Source: Octopus sinensis
Taxonomy: Eukaryota
DNA: 64,000 nucleotides
Assembly (NCBI RefSeq): GCF_006345805.1
Contig: NC_042999.1
Location: forward strand, 45,198,001-45,262,000
Direction of reading: 5' to 3'
Under the pieces are notes generated by a model, which was not told the DNA's origin, did not search any database, and was given only the letters and a program-made list of their open reading frames with translations. This document shows positions 1 to 13,688 of this stretch, piece after piece; position 1 is the stretch's first letter, and every line of letters starts with the position of its first letter. Both the position numbers and the translations under genes were made by a program.

Positions 1-1087
1 TGTATATATATATATACACACACACATATATACATATATCTACATATATACACACATATATATATGCATAGATATATATACACACACACATATATATATA
101 CACACACACATATACATACACACAAATATATATACATACACATACACTAAAACATACACATACAAGTATTGATTAACACACATTCATATATTAATTTACT
201 TATAAATACATAAATATACACTCAGACATTAAAACACACAAACATATAGATAAAGGCATTAATACACATATATACAGATATTTATATATACATACACACA
301 CACATAGATTAATATACATGCACACATCCATTAATATGCATACGCACACAATCAAAATTAGGATAAATATATTTTTTCAATTGAACTTGTATAGTAATGA
401 GACCCAAAGTTTTGATTTTTTGTAATATATAAAAGTACTCAAGTGTGATGAACCCTATTGATTTCAAAAGTTACTTGTGATGTTCATGCCTTTCTCAATA
501 ATATTAGCTTCTGGTGTGGTGATGAAAACTCCCATCCACTGAGTTCCCAGTTTGTGGATAGGGGAATGGTCTATAGAAATACAGGTTATCTGTGAATACT
601 CAATGAGCAATCCAGTCCTGGACAAAATCATGAGTTGTCCTTTGGCAAGGCATAGCACCTGTTAATGGTTTAACATGTCTCAGACTATGACAGGGTCATG
701 GTGAAATCCCGAAGCCCTGAAGTGGGCAGAAATGCCAGTATCATTGGAAAGCAGGATGGTAACAGGGAATGAAATACAAAGTATAAAAATATTTTGTCTT
801 TGAATTTCTTCACCCTTTGCGGAACAGATTACAGTTTTATGAATATTGGTTGGGGAAACCCATCAGATTGACTTGGCACTGCAACCATCTATTGGATCTG
901 CAACCATAGATGAGAAATTAGCAATCAGAAGATATAAGTCAATGAGAGAGTTTCTATACAGTATCACGACTTGCTAGCAATAGCACCAAAACTTCTTCGA
1001 ATCACACCATATTGTCTTAAAATAGGAAGAAAGCTTTGGGCCAAGGAAATTACTCATCATCGTCATTGTCATCATCGTCGTTATCAA

Positions 1088-1127
<40 letters not shown>

Positions 1128-2187
1128 GTCGTCGTCGTCGTCGTCATCGTCATCATCATCATCATCATCATCGTCATCATCATCACCATCATCATCATCA
1201 TTCTCCAACGTCCACGTTCCATGTTGGTATGGGTTGGACAGTTTGACAGAATCTGATGGGCTCAAAGACTGCACCACTGGTTCGGGAATGAAATTTGTTT
1301 GGAGAATGCAAACCCAGGTCCAAAAATATCTTTAAAAACAAGGTCTTGTTCCTTTTTTTAAATATATTTTTGTTCTTTGTTCTTTGAGGAGAAATCTAAC
1401 TTTGAGCTACCTTTTTATTCACTGTTTTCTAAACCTGAAAAAGTAAATAAGGGTGCAAATTTTGATTTTGCACCCAACAAAAATTCTAGTGGATGCATGT
1501 GCACCTCCTGCACCTCATACTTACAGGCCCATGATTGCATCATGCTCCAGTATTTGCTTTGGCATGGCTTCTATGGCTGGATGCCTTCCCAAATGTCAAC
1601 TAATTTACAGGGTGTACTAGATGCACCAGTCCTAGTGAGGCCATCATACAGGGACTTGGGTTATATATATAAAACTCTACTTGTGAAGACCTGTTGAGGT
1701 AAGTGAGAATCAGAATCAAAATCGATCAAAATCGATCAGAATCAAAATCGATCAATGGAAATTGCCGGTGGCACGTAAGAGAACCATCTGAACGTGGCCG
1801 TTGCCAGCGCCACCCCGACTGGCCTTGTGCCGGTAGCACATAAAAAGCACCATCCGTTTGTGGCCGTTGCCAGCCTCGCCTGGCCCCCGTGCCGGTGGCA
1901 CATAAAAAGCACCATCCGATCGTGGCCGTTTGCCAGACTCATCTGGCACCTGTGCCAGTGGCACGTAAAAAGCACCCACTACACTCATGGAGTGGTTTGC
2001 ATTAGGAAGGGCATCCACATAGAAACACTGCCAGATCAAACTGGGCCTGGTGCAGCCTTCTGGCTTCCCAGACCCCAGTTGAACCGTCCAACCCATGCTA
2101 GCATAGAAAGCAGATGCTAAACGATGATGATGATGATGTATATATATGTATATATGTATATATATATGTATATATATATATATATAA

Positions 2188-2230
<43 letters not shown>

Positions 2231-2258
2231 TATATATATGTATATGCATATATATATG

Positions 2259-2339
<81 letters not shown>

Positions 2340-2949
2340 TGGCCTGGTCGCTTAGCCTGCGGGATGGCGTCATTTGAAGGCTAAAACAACGCGAAGCGCA
2401 TTGTGACCAGCGATGTGTAGCAACATCTGATAGCCTGGTTGATCACGGTCATATATATATATATATATATAATATATTATATATATATATATATGTATAT
2501 GTATATGAATATGTATGTATGTATGCATGTATGTATGTATTGGTGCATTGACAGCATTTTGTTTCAATGATATATGACATTGCAGAACTTTTCTATAGAT
2601 TTTTTAGTCAACACAGCATTTCATAAACAGATGTAAACAACCTATTTGTATGTGCAATGTCTTCATATATCTTCATATTTCATCAACAAGTGTGCAACAT
2701 CTTTAACTGTCCATGAATATATTGCCTGTAACCCCACTATTATTAACAGCTTGATTAAATTGGATAGACCAATTGGACAGACTAGATATATAACACAGAC
2801 TTGTCAGCTTGTTCAATTAATAAATTACTGGTGATTTAACAGTGTTTTTATGACAGAATATACTTTTAAGTTTTAACCAACTGTCTATGTGTGAACACTT
2901 TGTATGTGAATGTGTATGTGTCTGTGTGTAAGATGGCAGCTAAGAAAAC

Positions 2950-3600
2950 TATGAGAAGATGAATGGATTGTGAGGGCCATACAAACTGTGTACAGAGATG
3001 TAGTCAGGAAGGTGAGAGTTAACAATGAATATAGCGACAAACTTAGCATGTAGATAGGGGTCTATCGAAGCTAAGTCTTCAGTCTTCTTCTGTTTATTAT
3101 AGTCCTCCAAGCTATGATAAAGAAGTCTAATATGGCTTGGAGATTCCATGGGAAACCCTCTATGCTGCTAACCTTGTTCTTTGAGCAGAATCTGTGGAGG
3201 ATTTGGAGAAATAATTCCAGACATGAATGCAAAACCTGGAATTGAAAGATCCTAAAATTAAACCTAACCAAGTCTAAAGTTACACTAAATAACAAAGAAG
3301 ACAGAACTCTTGTGACTGTCAAGGAAGTGGTTGTGCTCATTATGCAGAGAAAGAGGGAGAAGAAACCCCATATTGTGTTCCCTGCATAGACAGTGGATAC
3401 ACTGATGGTGTAGTGGGATTGATCACAAGCAGGCTAACAGCAAAAGCTCAGGATCATTAAGCATAAAGAGCACCTGGTATATAAATTCTCTCAAATGCTG
3501 AGAAGATTCACAAGGTGTATTAATTGTATATGTTTTCTAGATGTGTTAATTAGCAGAGAGGTAAGTTGTGAAAGCATCATAACTGGAGGAAGATCAGGGT
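2950..3600 (+). mobile_element. RTE-clade LINE RT fragment (decayed)
   Basis: Translates EWIVRAIQTVYRD..VRVNNEYS..GVYRS*VFSLLLFIIVL..PWETLYAANLVL, a degenerate GVHQGSVLSPLLF / LYADD region. Confidence 0.75.
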
Positions 3601-3622
3601 GGGAGAAATATTGGGAGTTATT

Positions 3623-4008
3623 GTGACCAGAAGAGAATTAATGCATTCGAGCTTTGGTGTTGGAGAAGATTTTTATGGATTCTATGGACAGCAAGGCTCA
3701 CCAATGGAGAAGTTTTTAAGCAGATCAGGCCGAAAATGTCGCTAGAAGCTAGGATCACCCAGCATAGATTGGCATATTTCGGTCATATTATGCAGAGAAA
3801 ATCCCTGGAGAAGGACATCATGCTCAGAATGGTCAGTGGCACGGAGGAAGAGGCCGACCAAGAGCCCGCTGGCTTGACACCATCAAGAGTGATACCGGAA
3901 TGGACATAGCCAATCTGAAAGAAGCGGCCCAGGATAGAACTGACTGGAGGACACTGATCCAATGAGTGACTGAGAGTCGACTTCGACTGAGCAGATAGAT
4001 AGATAGAT
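3623..4008 (+). mobile_element. RTE-BovB-like LINE 3' end with (AGAT)n tail
   Basis: RINAFELWCWRR..WTARLTN..LAYFGHIM..LEKDIML..GRGRP..WLD..AQDRTDWR, followed by agatagatagat. Confidence 0.85.
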
Positions 4009-6573
4009 TGTGTTTCTTCTTTCTTTATTTCCCACAAGGGGCTAAACATAGAGGGGACAAACAAGGACAGACAAACAGATTAAGTCAATTACATCGACCC
4101 CAGTGTGTAACTGGTACTTAATTTATTGACCCCAAAAGGATGAAAGGCAAAGTCAACCTTGGCGGAATTTGAACTCAGAATGCAGCGGCAGACGAAATAC
4201 CACAAAGCATTTTGCCCGGCATGCTATCATTTCTCCCAGCTCGCCGCCTTATTCTTGGCAACAAAGGACCTCCCCCTTTGTGTAAGACAGAGTGTTTGAT
4301 GTTTATGTTGAACATGCAGTGCAAGTTGTTAGTGAGACCTAGGCTCTAAGTGGTGATGAATGGCAAAGGATAGAAAGAATCGAAGTTAGCACTTTCCAGT
4401 GGAAGCTATGGTGTTAATGCGCTTGATCAATGCAGTACAAAGGATCTGAGAGAAAAACTGTGTATAAGCGGAATCAGATTTAGTTATATGATGTGTATGG
4501 ATGACAGTAGCTGCATAAAAATACACCATGTGTTTAAAGTTTGTGACTTATGGAAGAGAAAGACCTAGATTGACAGGACAAAACTGGTTTCAAGGTGTTG
4601 AACCTCACAATAAAGATGACAACAGACTGTGATGATTTCGCAATATAATGTACTGGAGAAAACCTGCTCTCTCGAGCAAGCATGGCAGAGAAAAAGCTAA
4701 CAAGAAGAGTGGCGTGAGTGCGCTTGATGTATCAATCCATTGCTCCCTGTCTTTCTTTCTCTTGGAGCCTTCTGCTTTATCCTCACCTCAACAGTTCACT
4801 CCAGCCTCCCTTTTTTCTCACTCCTTGTACTATATTCACCTCATGCTGCTATTCCACTTCTACCTTCGTTTCTTATTTCTTTATTGCCCACAAGGGGCTA
4901 AACATAGAGGGAACAAACAAGGACAGACAAAGGAATTAAGTCGATTACACCGACCCCAGTGCATAACTGGTACTTAATTTATCGACCCTGAAAGGATGAA
5001 AGGCAAAGTCGACCCTGAAAGGATGAAAGGCAAAGTCGACCTCAGCAGAATTTGAACTCAGAACGTAACGGCAGACGAAATACCGCTAAGCATTTCACCT
5101 GGAGTGCTCGCCGCCTTTCCACTCCTACCTTTCTTTCTCTAACCATCTTCTCCTTACAAGTGTGTGTGTGTGTGCATTTATACATACATGCATACATACA
5201 ATACATGCATATCCTCCTCCTCCTCTTCCTCCTCCTCCTTATCACCATCATCATTTAAGGTCCATAGTCCATGCCGGTATGGGTTGGACAGTTTGACCAG
5301 AACTGACAAGGTGAGGAGCTGTACCAGACTCCAGTCTGATTTGGCATGGTTTCTATGGCTAGATGCCCTTCCTAATGCCAACCACTATGCACACAAGAAC
5401 TTTTATGTGGTCCTAGCATGATTGCCTTTTTTGTGGCACCATAACAGGGCTCTTCACCAGGAGGAGTGGTCTTAACATTTCTGCTGTGGAGTACGAGGCT
5501 TCTTGAGTACAGTAAGGTGTCTGGTATTGGTATCTTGGTCTTCTATCATCTTGTCTGAAAGGTTCAGTGTCTTGAGGCTATCTTCCAGTACTTTGTCCCA
5601 TGTCTTCCTGGGTCTCCCTTGCTCATGTGTTCCATCTACTTTGAGAGATTGGCACTTCCTATGAAGCTGCCGGCATCTATTTGCATCACATGATCAAACC
5701 AACTGCATCTAATTCTTCTTATGCTTAACTTCTCTCTCAGTACACTAGCACTCTGTCCCACTCACACACACACACACACACACACACATTATTCTTGTTT
5801 CTTTTTATTTGTTTCAGTCATTTGACTGCGGCCATGCTGGAGTACTGCCTTTTGGTCAAAGAAATCAACCCAAGGACTTATTCTTTGTAATCCTAGAACT
5901 TATTCTCTTGGTCCCTTTTCTCAAACCGCTGAGTTATAAGAATGTAAACACACCATCATCGGTTGCTAAGTGATAGTGGTGGGGTGGGGGGGCTAAACAC
6001 AGACACATGAGTACACACACACACCCACACACATGAGAGGTTTCTTTCTGTTTATGTCTACCAAATCCACTCACAAGGCTTTGGTCAGCCCAAAGCTATG
6101 GAAGAAGACACTTACCCAAGGTACCATGCAGTGAGACTGAACCTGGAACCATGTGGTTGAGAAGCAAGCTTCTTACTACACAGCCACTCCTGTGACTGAA
6201 GCAGCTTTAATACCAAAAGATAATCTTTTCTACTCTAGGCACAAGGCCTGAAAGTTTTTGGGGAGGGGGCCAGTCAATTAGATCGACCCCAGGATACAAC
6301 TGGTACTTAATTTATCAGCCCTGAATGGATGAAAGGCAAAGTCGACCTTAACAGAATTTGAACTCAGAACATAAAGACAGACAAAATACTGCTAAGCATT
6401 TCGCCCAGCATGCTAAGATTTCTGCCAGCTTGCTGTCTTACCAAAAGATAAGCTTGATCTACAGCTTAATGTGGAGTTTGTGTTAGAACCCAGAATACCA
6501 TGTTATTTACCTTGAGAGGATCTTTCATAAGGTTTTGGAGGGGCATAAAAGCATATGTAATTATATTGTTGAC

Positions 6574-6743
6574 ATAGGCATCGGAGTGGGTGTGTGGTAA
6601 GTAGCTTGCTTACCAACCACATGGTTCCAGGTTCAGTCCCACTGTGTGGCACCTTGGGCAGGTGTCTTCTACTATAGCCTTGGGCCGACCAAAGCCTTGT
6701 GAGTGGATTTGGTAGACAGAAACTGAAAGAAGCCCGTCGCATG

Positions 6744-6814
<71 letters not shown>

Positions 6815-7022
6815 TTGTGTGTCAATGTTTGTCCCCCCCAACATTGCTTGACAACCAATGCTGTGTGTTTACGTCCCCGTAACTTAGCAGTTCGGCAAAA
6901 GTGACCAATAGAATAAGTACTAGGTTTACAAGGAATAAGTCCTGGGGTCGATTTGCTCGACTAAAGGCAGTGCTCTAGCATGGCCACAGTCAAATGACTG
7001 AAACAAGTAAAAGAGTAAAAGA
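6574..7022 (+). mobile_element. tRNA-derived SINE family A (internal microsatellite)
   Basis: Head with A/B-box-like motifs (TGTGTGGTAAG..GGTTCAGTCCC), CCTTGGGCA core, (TG)n insert and GACTGAAACAAGTAAAAGAG tail. Other full or partial copies at about 5790-6190(-), 14355-14790(+), 20225-20610(-), 20695-20920(-), 25297-25685(+), 25765-26147(-), 28304-28710(-), 43610-43997(-), 54225-54555(+) and 60525-60936(-). Confidence 0.88.
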
Positions 7023-7162
7023 GACAATCACTATTAAGATAAATATTGCATTTTAGTATCAATACTGTTACTGTTGCTATCAATTATTTTTTAAAATAAA
7101 CCTGCTGGGTATTTGTGACATCAGTGCTTGAATACACTCTGAAATTCTATATATTGTTGACA

Positions 7163-7267
7163 GGGGGATTCGGTTTTGCTGGACAGCTACCACTGAGGAT
7201 CCCAAGAAAGGGGAAATCAAGTGATCTGACAGTACTGGCAGTTGTAGCAGATTGTTCTCATCTATGA
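7163..7267 (+). CDS. Weak candidate terminal host exon
   Basis: Non-repetitive, GC-richer island after ttgttgacAG. One frame reads GFGFAGQLPLRIPRKGKSSDLTVLAVVADCSHL*. I recognise no homologue. Confidence 0.2.
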   Translation, partial: GGFGFAGQLPLRIPRKGKSSDLTVLAVVADCSHL

Positions 7268-7591
7268 ACAATATAGTTACAAGTGCTTTTATGTGCTACA
7301 AATCTATATGAGAGGTCTTCTTGAAATATATAATGCAGCATTCTGTGTTTCTACATAACCTCTATATTAAGTTGGAAATCAAGATTACCTTTCGATATTA
7401 AAACTACTTCTGTCACTATCAATTATTATCCTCATCATCATTATTATTATCATTTTCATTAGCATTTTCTTTCAATTCTGTTTCCATTTCTTGCCAAGTG
7501 TCTTCCTGACACCTAGGGCAGAGAAACGTACTGTATACATTAATACGCCAGCAAAACAAGCACACCAGATTGTTCATTTACAGAGTCGTCG

Positions 7592-7626
<35 letters not shown>

Positions 7627-7811
7627 GTCATCATCATCGTCATCATCATCGTCATCATCATCATTATTATTATTATGTGAGGGCACATGGCCAAGTGGTT
7701 TGGGTGTTGAACACTATAAACAAATTATTCGTGCAGGTCATTTGGGAAGCTGAATGCTCGCTCCTACATTGTCTTTGATAGAAAAATCCATCTTTATTAT
7801 CATTATTATTA

Positions 7812-7859
<48 letters not shown>

Positions 7860-7946
7860 TATTATTATTATTGTTATTATTATTATTATTATTATTAATA
7901 TTATTATCATCATTATTATTATTATCATCATATGTGTGTGTGTGTG

Positions 7947-7985
<39 letters not shown>

Positions 7986-8741
7986 GTATGTATATATAGT
8001 ATGTGTGTGTGAGAGAGAGAGATAGCCATATATACATACATACATACATACATACATACATACATACATACACACACACAACAGATGCATGCACATTCGT
8101 ATTTATACGAGTGCATGTGTAGTTTCGAGTATCTTACATAATTCTATGGTTCCGTAAGAAGGACAGTCTAAATTCATATATGATCTGTTTAATTACATTA
8201 CAAGTTCTCAGAAATTACAATGAATGTTGCATACCGGAGGCATGACATATTGTTTATGTTGGCCATTCTTCATTTCAAACCACTAGCTGAGAGAGAAAGA
8301 TGCCTCTAAATTTTGGTAGCTGTTATCAAGATAAGTTATCATATTTATTTGTTATTATCTATGTATGGTTCTCACAGTATTAATTCTATGTTTCTAAGAA
8401 GAAACAATTTTATTTTAATTATGAGATATTTAATTATATTACCTCATACATGATGCAACCACAGCAAGTACAGCACTGACTGACTGACGAACCAATTTTC
8501 CCATCCTTTTACTGTTCTTAATAATCTTAGCAATCATTATAATTTTAACAAATCATAGACAACCAAGACAGGACTGCTATTTGCCTAAGCTCTGAATGTG
8601 TGGTATGAAGTTTGATTCCCATCCACATGGTACTGGGTTCAGGTCCACTGTGTGGCACCTTGGGAAAGTGTCTTCTCCTATAGCCCGCGGACAGTGAAAG
8701 CCTCAAGAGTGGGTATAGTAGACAGAAATTGAAAGAACCTA

Positions 8742-10086
8742 TTGTATGTATGTATGTATGTATGTATGTATGTATGAATGTTTGTATGTTTGTATGTATT
8801 TGTTTGTATGTTTGTATGTATGTATGTATGTATGTATGAATGTATGTATGTATGAATGTATGTATGTATGCATGCATGAATGCATGTATGTATATATGTA
8901 TGTATGTATATGTATGTATGTATGTATGTATGAATGTATGTTTATATGTTTGTATGTATGTATGTATGTATGTATGTATGTACGTATGTATGTATGCATG
9001 CATGCATGTATGTATGTATGTATGTATATATGTATGTACATACATGTGCAGATTTGTATGTTTTGTTTTATGTATGTATTCTCAAGCATATAACTGCATA
9101 TATTTAGACATGCGCATACATATTTAAATGATAAACTTCTGGAAGGTCTTACAGATTTTTGCAATTCCAGTAATGGATTGGATCTGTAGCTTTCAAATCA
9201 GCTATCTCCTTTCTGATTTTGAAAGGCCTAATTTCTCAAGATTGGTATTTAGGCAGTGTGAACATATCCCAGGGTCCCAATAATTACCGGTATAAACCTG
9301 AACTTGTAATCTGGACCGAGTAACTACAGATTTTTCAATAGTTCAGCATAGGTATTCTCTTTTTCCCTGATCTTCAGCTTTACGTTAACATCTGCTGGGA
9401 AGCTAATTTCCACAACTATACACAGTTTCTCTTCTCTATCCCAAATCATTATATCAGGTCTACAATGCTTACATTTTATTGAGGTTTTCACTGGTACATT
9501 CTACCAGTATTCCTTTTTATTATGAGTGGCTATGGCTTCTACGATACTGTGGGTTCTTATTTCTTTGTCCTTGGGGTTATCCTTCTGACAGATTTCATTA
9601 CAGAGTGTCCTAGCAACAACATCGTGTATGTATGTATGTATGTATGTATGTATGTATGTATGTATGTATGTATGTATGTATGTATCTGTGTATGTATGTA
9701 TGAATGTATGTATGCATGAATGTATGTATGTATCTGTGTATGTATGTATGTATGAATGTATGTATGTATGTGTGTGCATATGTATGTGTGTATGTGTGTA
9801 TGAATATGTATGCATGTAAGTATGAATGTATGTGTATGTATGTATGTATGTGTGTGTATGTAGGTATGTATGTATGTGTATGTATGAATGTATGTATGAT
9901 GTATGTATGTATGTATGTATGTATGTATGTGTGTGTCTATGTATGTATGTATGTATGTATGTATGTAGGTGTGTGTCTATGTATGTATGTATGTATTTGT
10001 GTATATGTGTGTATGTGTGAATGTACATATGTATGTATGTATGTATGGATGGATGTACATGTGTATGTATGTACGTATGTGTGTGC
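8742..10086. repeat. (TATG)n microsatellite arrays split by the R4-like fragment
   Basis: Direct inspection. Confidence 0.9.
9040..9626 (-). mobile_element. RLE-type (R4/Dong-like) non-LTR retrotransposon 3' fragment within (TACA)n
   Basis: Minus strand reads HDVVARTL..W*NVPVKT..RPDIMIWDREEKLCIVVEISFPAD..EKENTY..FIPVIIGTLG, a restriction-like endonuclease domain. TACA/TATG arrays flank both sides. Confidence 0.8.
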
Positions 10087-11812
10087 ATGTGTCTTTGTGT
10101 CAGTATCTCTCACCCCCCACCACCACTTGACAGTTGGTGTTGGTGTATTTACATCCCCATAACTCACAAAGCTTTGGTTGACCTGAGGCTATAGGAATAG
10201 ACACTTGTTCTGTTGGTCTCTTTTACTGATTGATAGAATAATTATCACTGTGCAACACTCAAAAAAGTAGAAGAGATCTGTGGCCATTTTTATATGCCAA
10301 ATGACATGGGAAATCCATTTCTAACCTTCTTTTTGTTGAATTAGGCATGGTTTCTACAGAATTGTCACTGTATACCCTTTTTGTCATTATTATTAAATAA
10401 AATTCTCTACCGCATTGTAAAATGGGTTTCAACCCAGGGCTAGAGACCAATCTTAGTAACACCTACAATGTGATATGATAAATAGCACTGTTACGGTTAA
10501 GAGACTTCAAGTATTCCATTTTCTATGAAGAACAATAAAAGTTTTCTACAAATTTGAGATTACACTCAGTAAACAAAAACATGTGTGATCGTCATGGATG
10601 GAAGGTAGGATCCCGATATTTTCTTGTATTTTCTAGAATATAATGCTATTTTATATATAAAAATAATAAAAGCAGCTAATTGGCTTCCATGCCGGTGGCA
10701 CATAAAAAGCACCATTTGAGCGTTATCGTTACCAGCGTCACCTTACTGGCACTTGTGCTGGTGGCATGTGAAAAAACATTCAGGTGAGGTCATTGCCAGT
10801 GCCGCTGGACTGGCTCCCGTGCAGGTGGCATATAATAACACCATTTGAGTGTGGCTGTTGTTAGTACTGCCTGACTGGCACTTGTGCCGGTGGCACATAA
10901 AAGCACCCACTACACTCTTGGAGTGGTTGGCGTTAGGAAGGGCTTCCAGCTGTAGAAACTCTGCCAGATCAGACTGGAGCCTTGTGCAGCCATCTGGTTC
11001 GCCAGTTCTCAGTCAAATCGTCCAATCCATGCTAGCATGGAAAGCAGACGTTAAATGATGATGATGGTGATGATGATGATGATGATGATGATGTGCATAA
11101 AGTGTCGGAGACATGATCCAAGTGGTGGAAGTACGTAATATTTCGCTAAAAAAGATGTAAATAAAGACATAAAGTGCAAGCTTATCCTGGGGTTTCAAGA
11201 ATTTTGCGAAAGGTTGTCGTTTTATATCGAAGTGTCATGCTGAGAACTTTATTTGTTCATCAGTATATAGTTATTTCTGGTTTCATATTCGACGTTGGTT
11301 TTGTTATGAAAGCCCAAGAATGTAATATTGAAATAGAAAAACCTAAGACAAATCAGATAGTTGATGCTGTCCACCCAGCCATGGGCTTAACAGCTGATTT
11401 TGTTGTTCGTGAATTTGACGAGTGTAAGATGTCGGCAGCTTATATTTATTTCTTTTTGTATTTTGTTATTGGTTTTGTCGGCTCATAAGAAGTGTCAGAG
11501 ACAAAAACTATGTAACTCTAAGAATGTAATATTGGAATAGCAACAAGAAAGCCTAAGATATTTTATGAGTGTTATCCTAGAAGTTTGTTTGTGTATATAG
11601 CTTACATTGTCTCACTGATTTGTCATTTGTTTGAGTTTGAAAAATCCCTAATTTACATGTAAAATGGAATTTGAGATGCTCCCCTTAAAACCATATTTTC
11701 TGGTTTATTATTGTGTGCTTATATTTAATTGAGTTTATCACTAAATACATTAAATTTTAAAGCTTGTGTTTAATGTTATCATTTATCTTTCAGATCTTAT
11801 TTGTTTTCAAGG

Positions 11813-13471
11813 ATGAGTGGAAGACAGTGCAAAAATGATCCAAACAGATTCTGTTATATCTGTGGGGAACCGACTTTTGCTAGAGAAAAGCACAGTATTA
11901 CACGCCATATCAAAAAAATATACAAGGCGTATTTCGATTGTTACTTAGGAGACCAGGATAAGTCATGGGTTCCTCATGTGTGTTGCCTTACATGTGTGAA
12001 GACATTGAGTGCCTGGTATGCAGGAAAAAATGTTCACAGAAAGTTTGGTGTGCCAATGATTTGGCGTGAGCAGAATGATCACTCTAATGATTGCTATTTC
12101 TGTCACCATGACTTTACAGGCCATACTACAGCAAAGAAAAAGAAACACATTGTTTACCCAAATTTGCAATCAGCAATGTGCCCAGTAGAGCACTCAGAGA
12201 ATTTACCTGTGCCTAAACCTTCAGATCAAGAAATGCAGAGTTCCAGCAGTGCTGATGAACATTCCAGTGGTGAATGTGTGGAGCCCAATGATCCAGAAAG
12301 CGAGAATAAACCAATACCATTTTCTGAAGAGGCTCTAAATGACTTATGCAGGGATCTCTATTAACCAAAGAGAAAAGTGAGTTTTTGACATCAAGGTTTC
12401 AAGAACTTAATCTTCTTGAGAAAGGAGTGAAGATAACACTGTACAGAAAATGTACAGAGGATCTGCTTGCATTATTCACCATGAAGGATGACTTATGCTT
12501 TTGTAATGACATCACTGAACTTTTTGAGCAACTGGAAATACCATATGATAAAACCAACTGGTGACTTTTCACAGATGCATCCAAGGACAGTATCAAAGCT
12601 GTTCTGCTTACACAATGGTAACATACTGCCTTCTGTTCCCATAGCTTATAGCACAACCATGAAATAATCATATGAAAATCTGAAAGCAATTCTAGCAAGC
12701 ATGCAATATGATGATCATACCTGCCATATTTGTGCAGATTTTCATGTTGTGGCCATTCTTACTGGCCTTCAGCTCAGCTATACTAAATTTTGCTGCTTCC
12801 TGTGCTTATGGAATTCCAGTGCAAGAGCTGAATATTATGTATGCAAGGATTGGCTGATCCGAGATGAAATTGAGCAAGGAAAACATAACATAGTGCACAA
12901 ACCACTTGTGAAAAGTGACAGAATTTTTTCACTACCTTTGCATATTAGGCAATTTGTTTAAGCAATTTGTGAAAGCCTTGGACAAGGAATCCTCTGCATT
13001 TGTATATCTTGCAGAAAAGTTCCCTTCCCTGAGTCAAGCTAAAATTAAGAAGGTTTCTTCTTAGGTCCCCAAATTCGAAAAATTGTACTTGATGAAACCT
13101 TCATCGCACATCTCAAGAGAAAAGAGAAGCTTGCCTTTGAGTCATTCAAGAAAGTTTGCGATAACTTTTTGGGAAACCATCATTTAGAAGACTATGTGCA
13201 AGTTGTGAATGATCTGCTGAGTCATTATCAGGATATGGGATGTAACATGGCTCTAAAAGTTCATGTGCTTCACTCTCATTTGTATTTTTTTGCAGAAAAT
13301 CTTGGTGATGTGAGTGATGAACATGGTGAAAGATTCCATCAGGATATTTCAGTGATGGAGCAATGATTCAAAGGAAAATGGAACCCTGGCATGTTGGCAG
13401 ACTACTGCTGGGATATAAAAAAAGAAGATCACACTTCTCACAAGAGGCTTAGAAGGACAAAAGTTGTTTAA
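11813..13471 (+). pseudogene. Chapaev3-like transposase with frameshifts and stops
   Basis: Motifs spread over several frames: FCYICG, GDQDKSWVPHVCC, WREQNDHSNDCYFC, YTKFCCFLCLWNS, LPLHI, GPQIR, MALKVHVLHSHL, SDEHGERFHQDI, MLADYCW. Confidence 0.85.
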
Positions 13472-13688
13472 CCCTTTTGTTACCGTATTTATTTTGAGAT
13501 GCTCGGTGTTTCTTTCAATTTTAAATGTAACAAAGAATTTAGTAAAATAACTTAGTTATCATTCAGCTAGTGTTTAGAACATAAATTGTGACTAAGGTTT
13601 AGTGGAAAATTTTGATTCAAAACTTTTGAAAACAAGACATTCGTACTCAGAGCCAGAGCCGGTTTCGGTCGAATTGGTATCAAAAGGG
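13472..13688. mobile_element. piggyBac-type MITE
   Basis: TTAA at 13468-13471 and 13689-13692; termini CCCTTTTGTTACC / GGTATCAAAAGGG. Confidence 0.8.

Noticed and set aside
400-1050. Complex-looking sequence as a possible exon or LINE
   Set aside because: Stops in the frames I read and no motif I could name.
971-1335. Poly-His/Ser/Asp/Met ORFs, and the many YI/HT/CV/MYVC ORFs across the window
   Set aside because: They are translations of microsatellites.
6503-6858. Recurrent ORF family 'DGLLSVSVYQIHSQGFG...EPCGW'
   Set aside because: Antisense translation of SINE family A copies, not a gene family.
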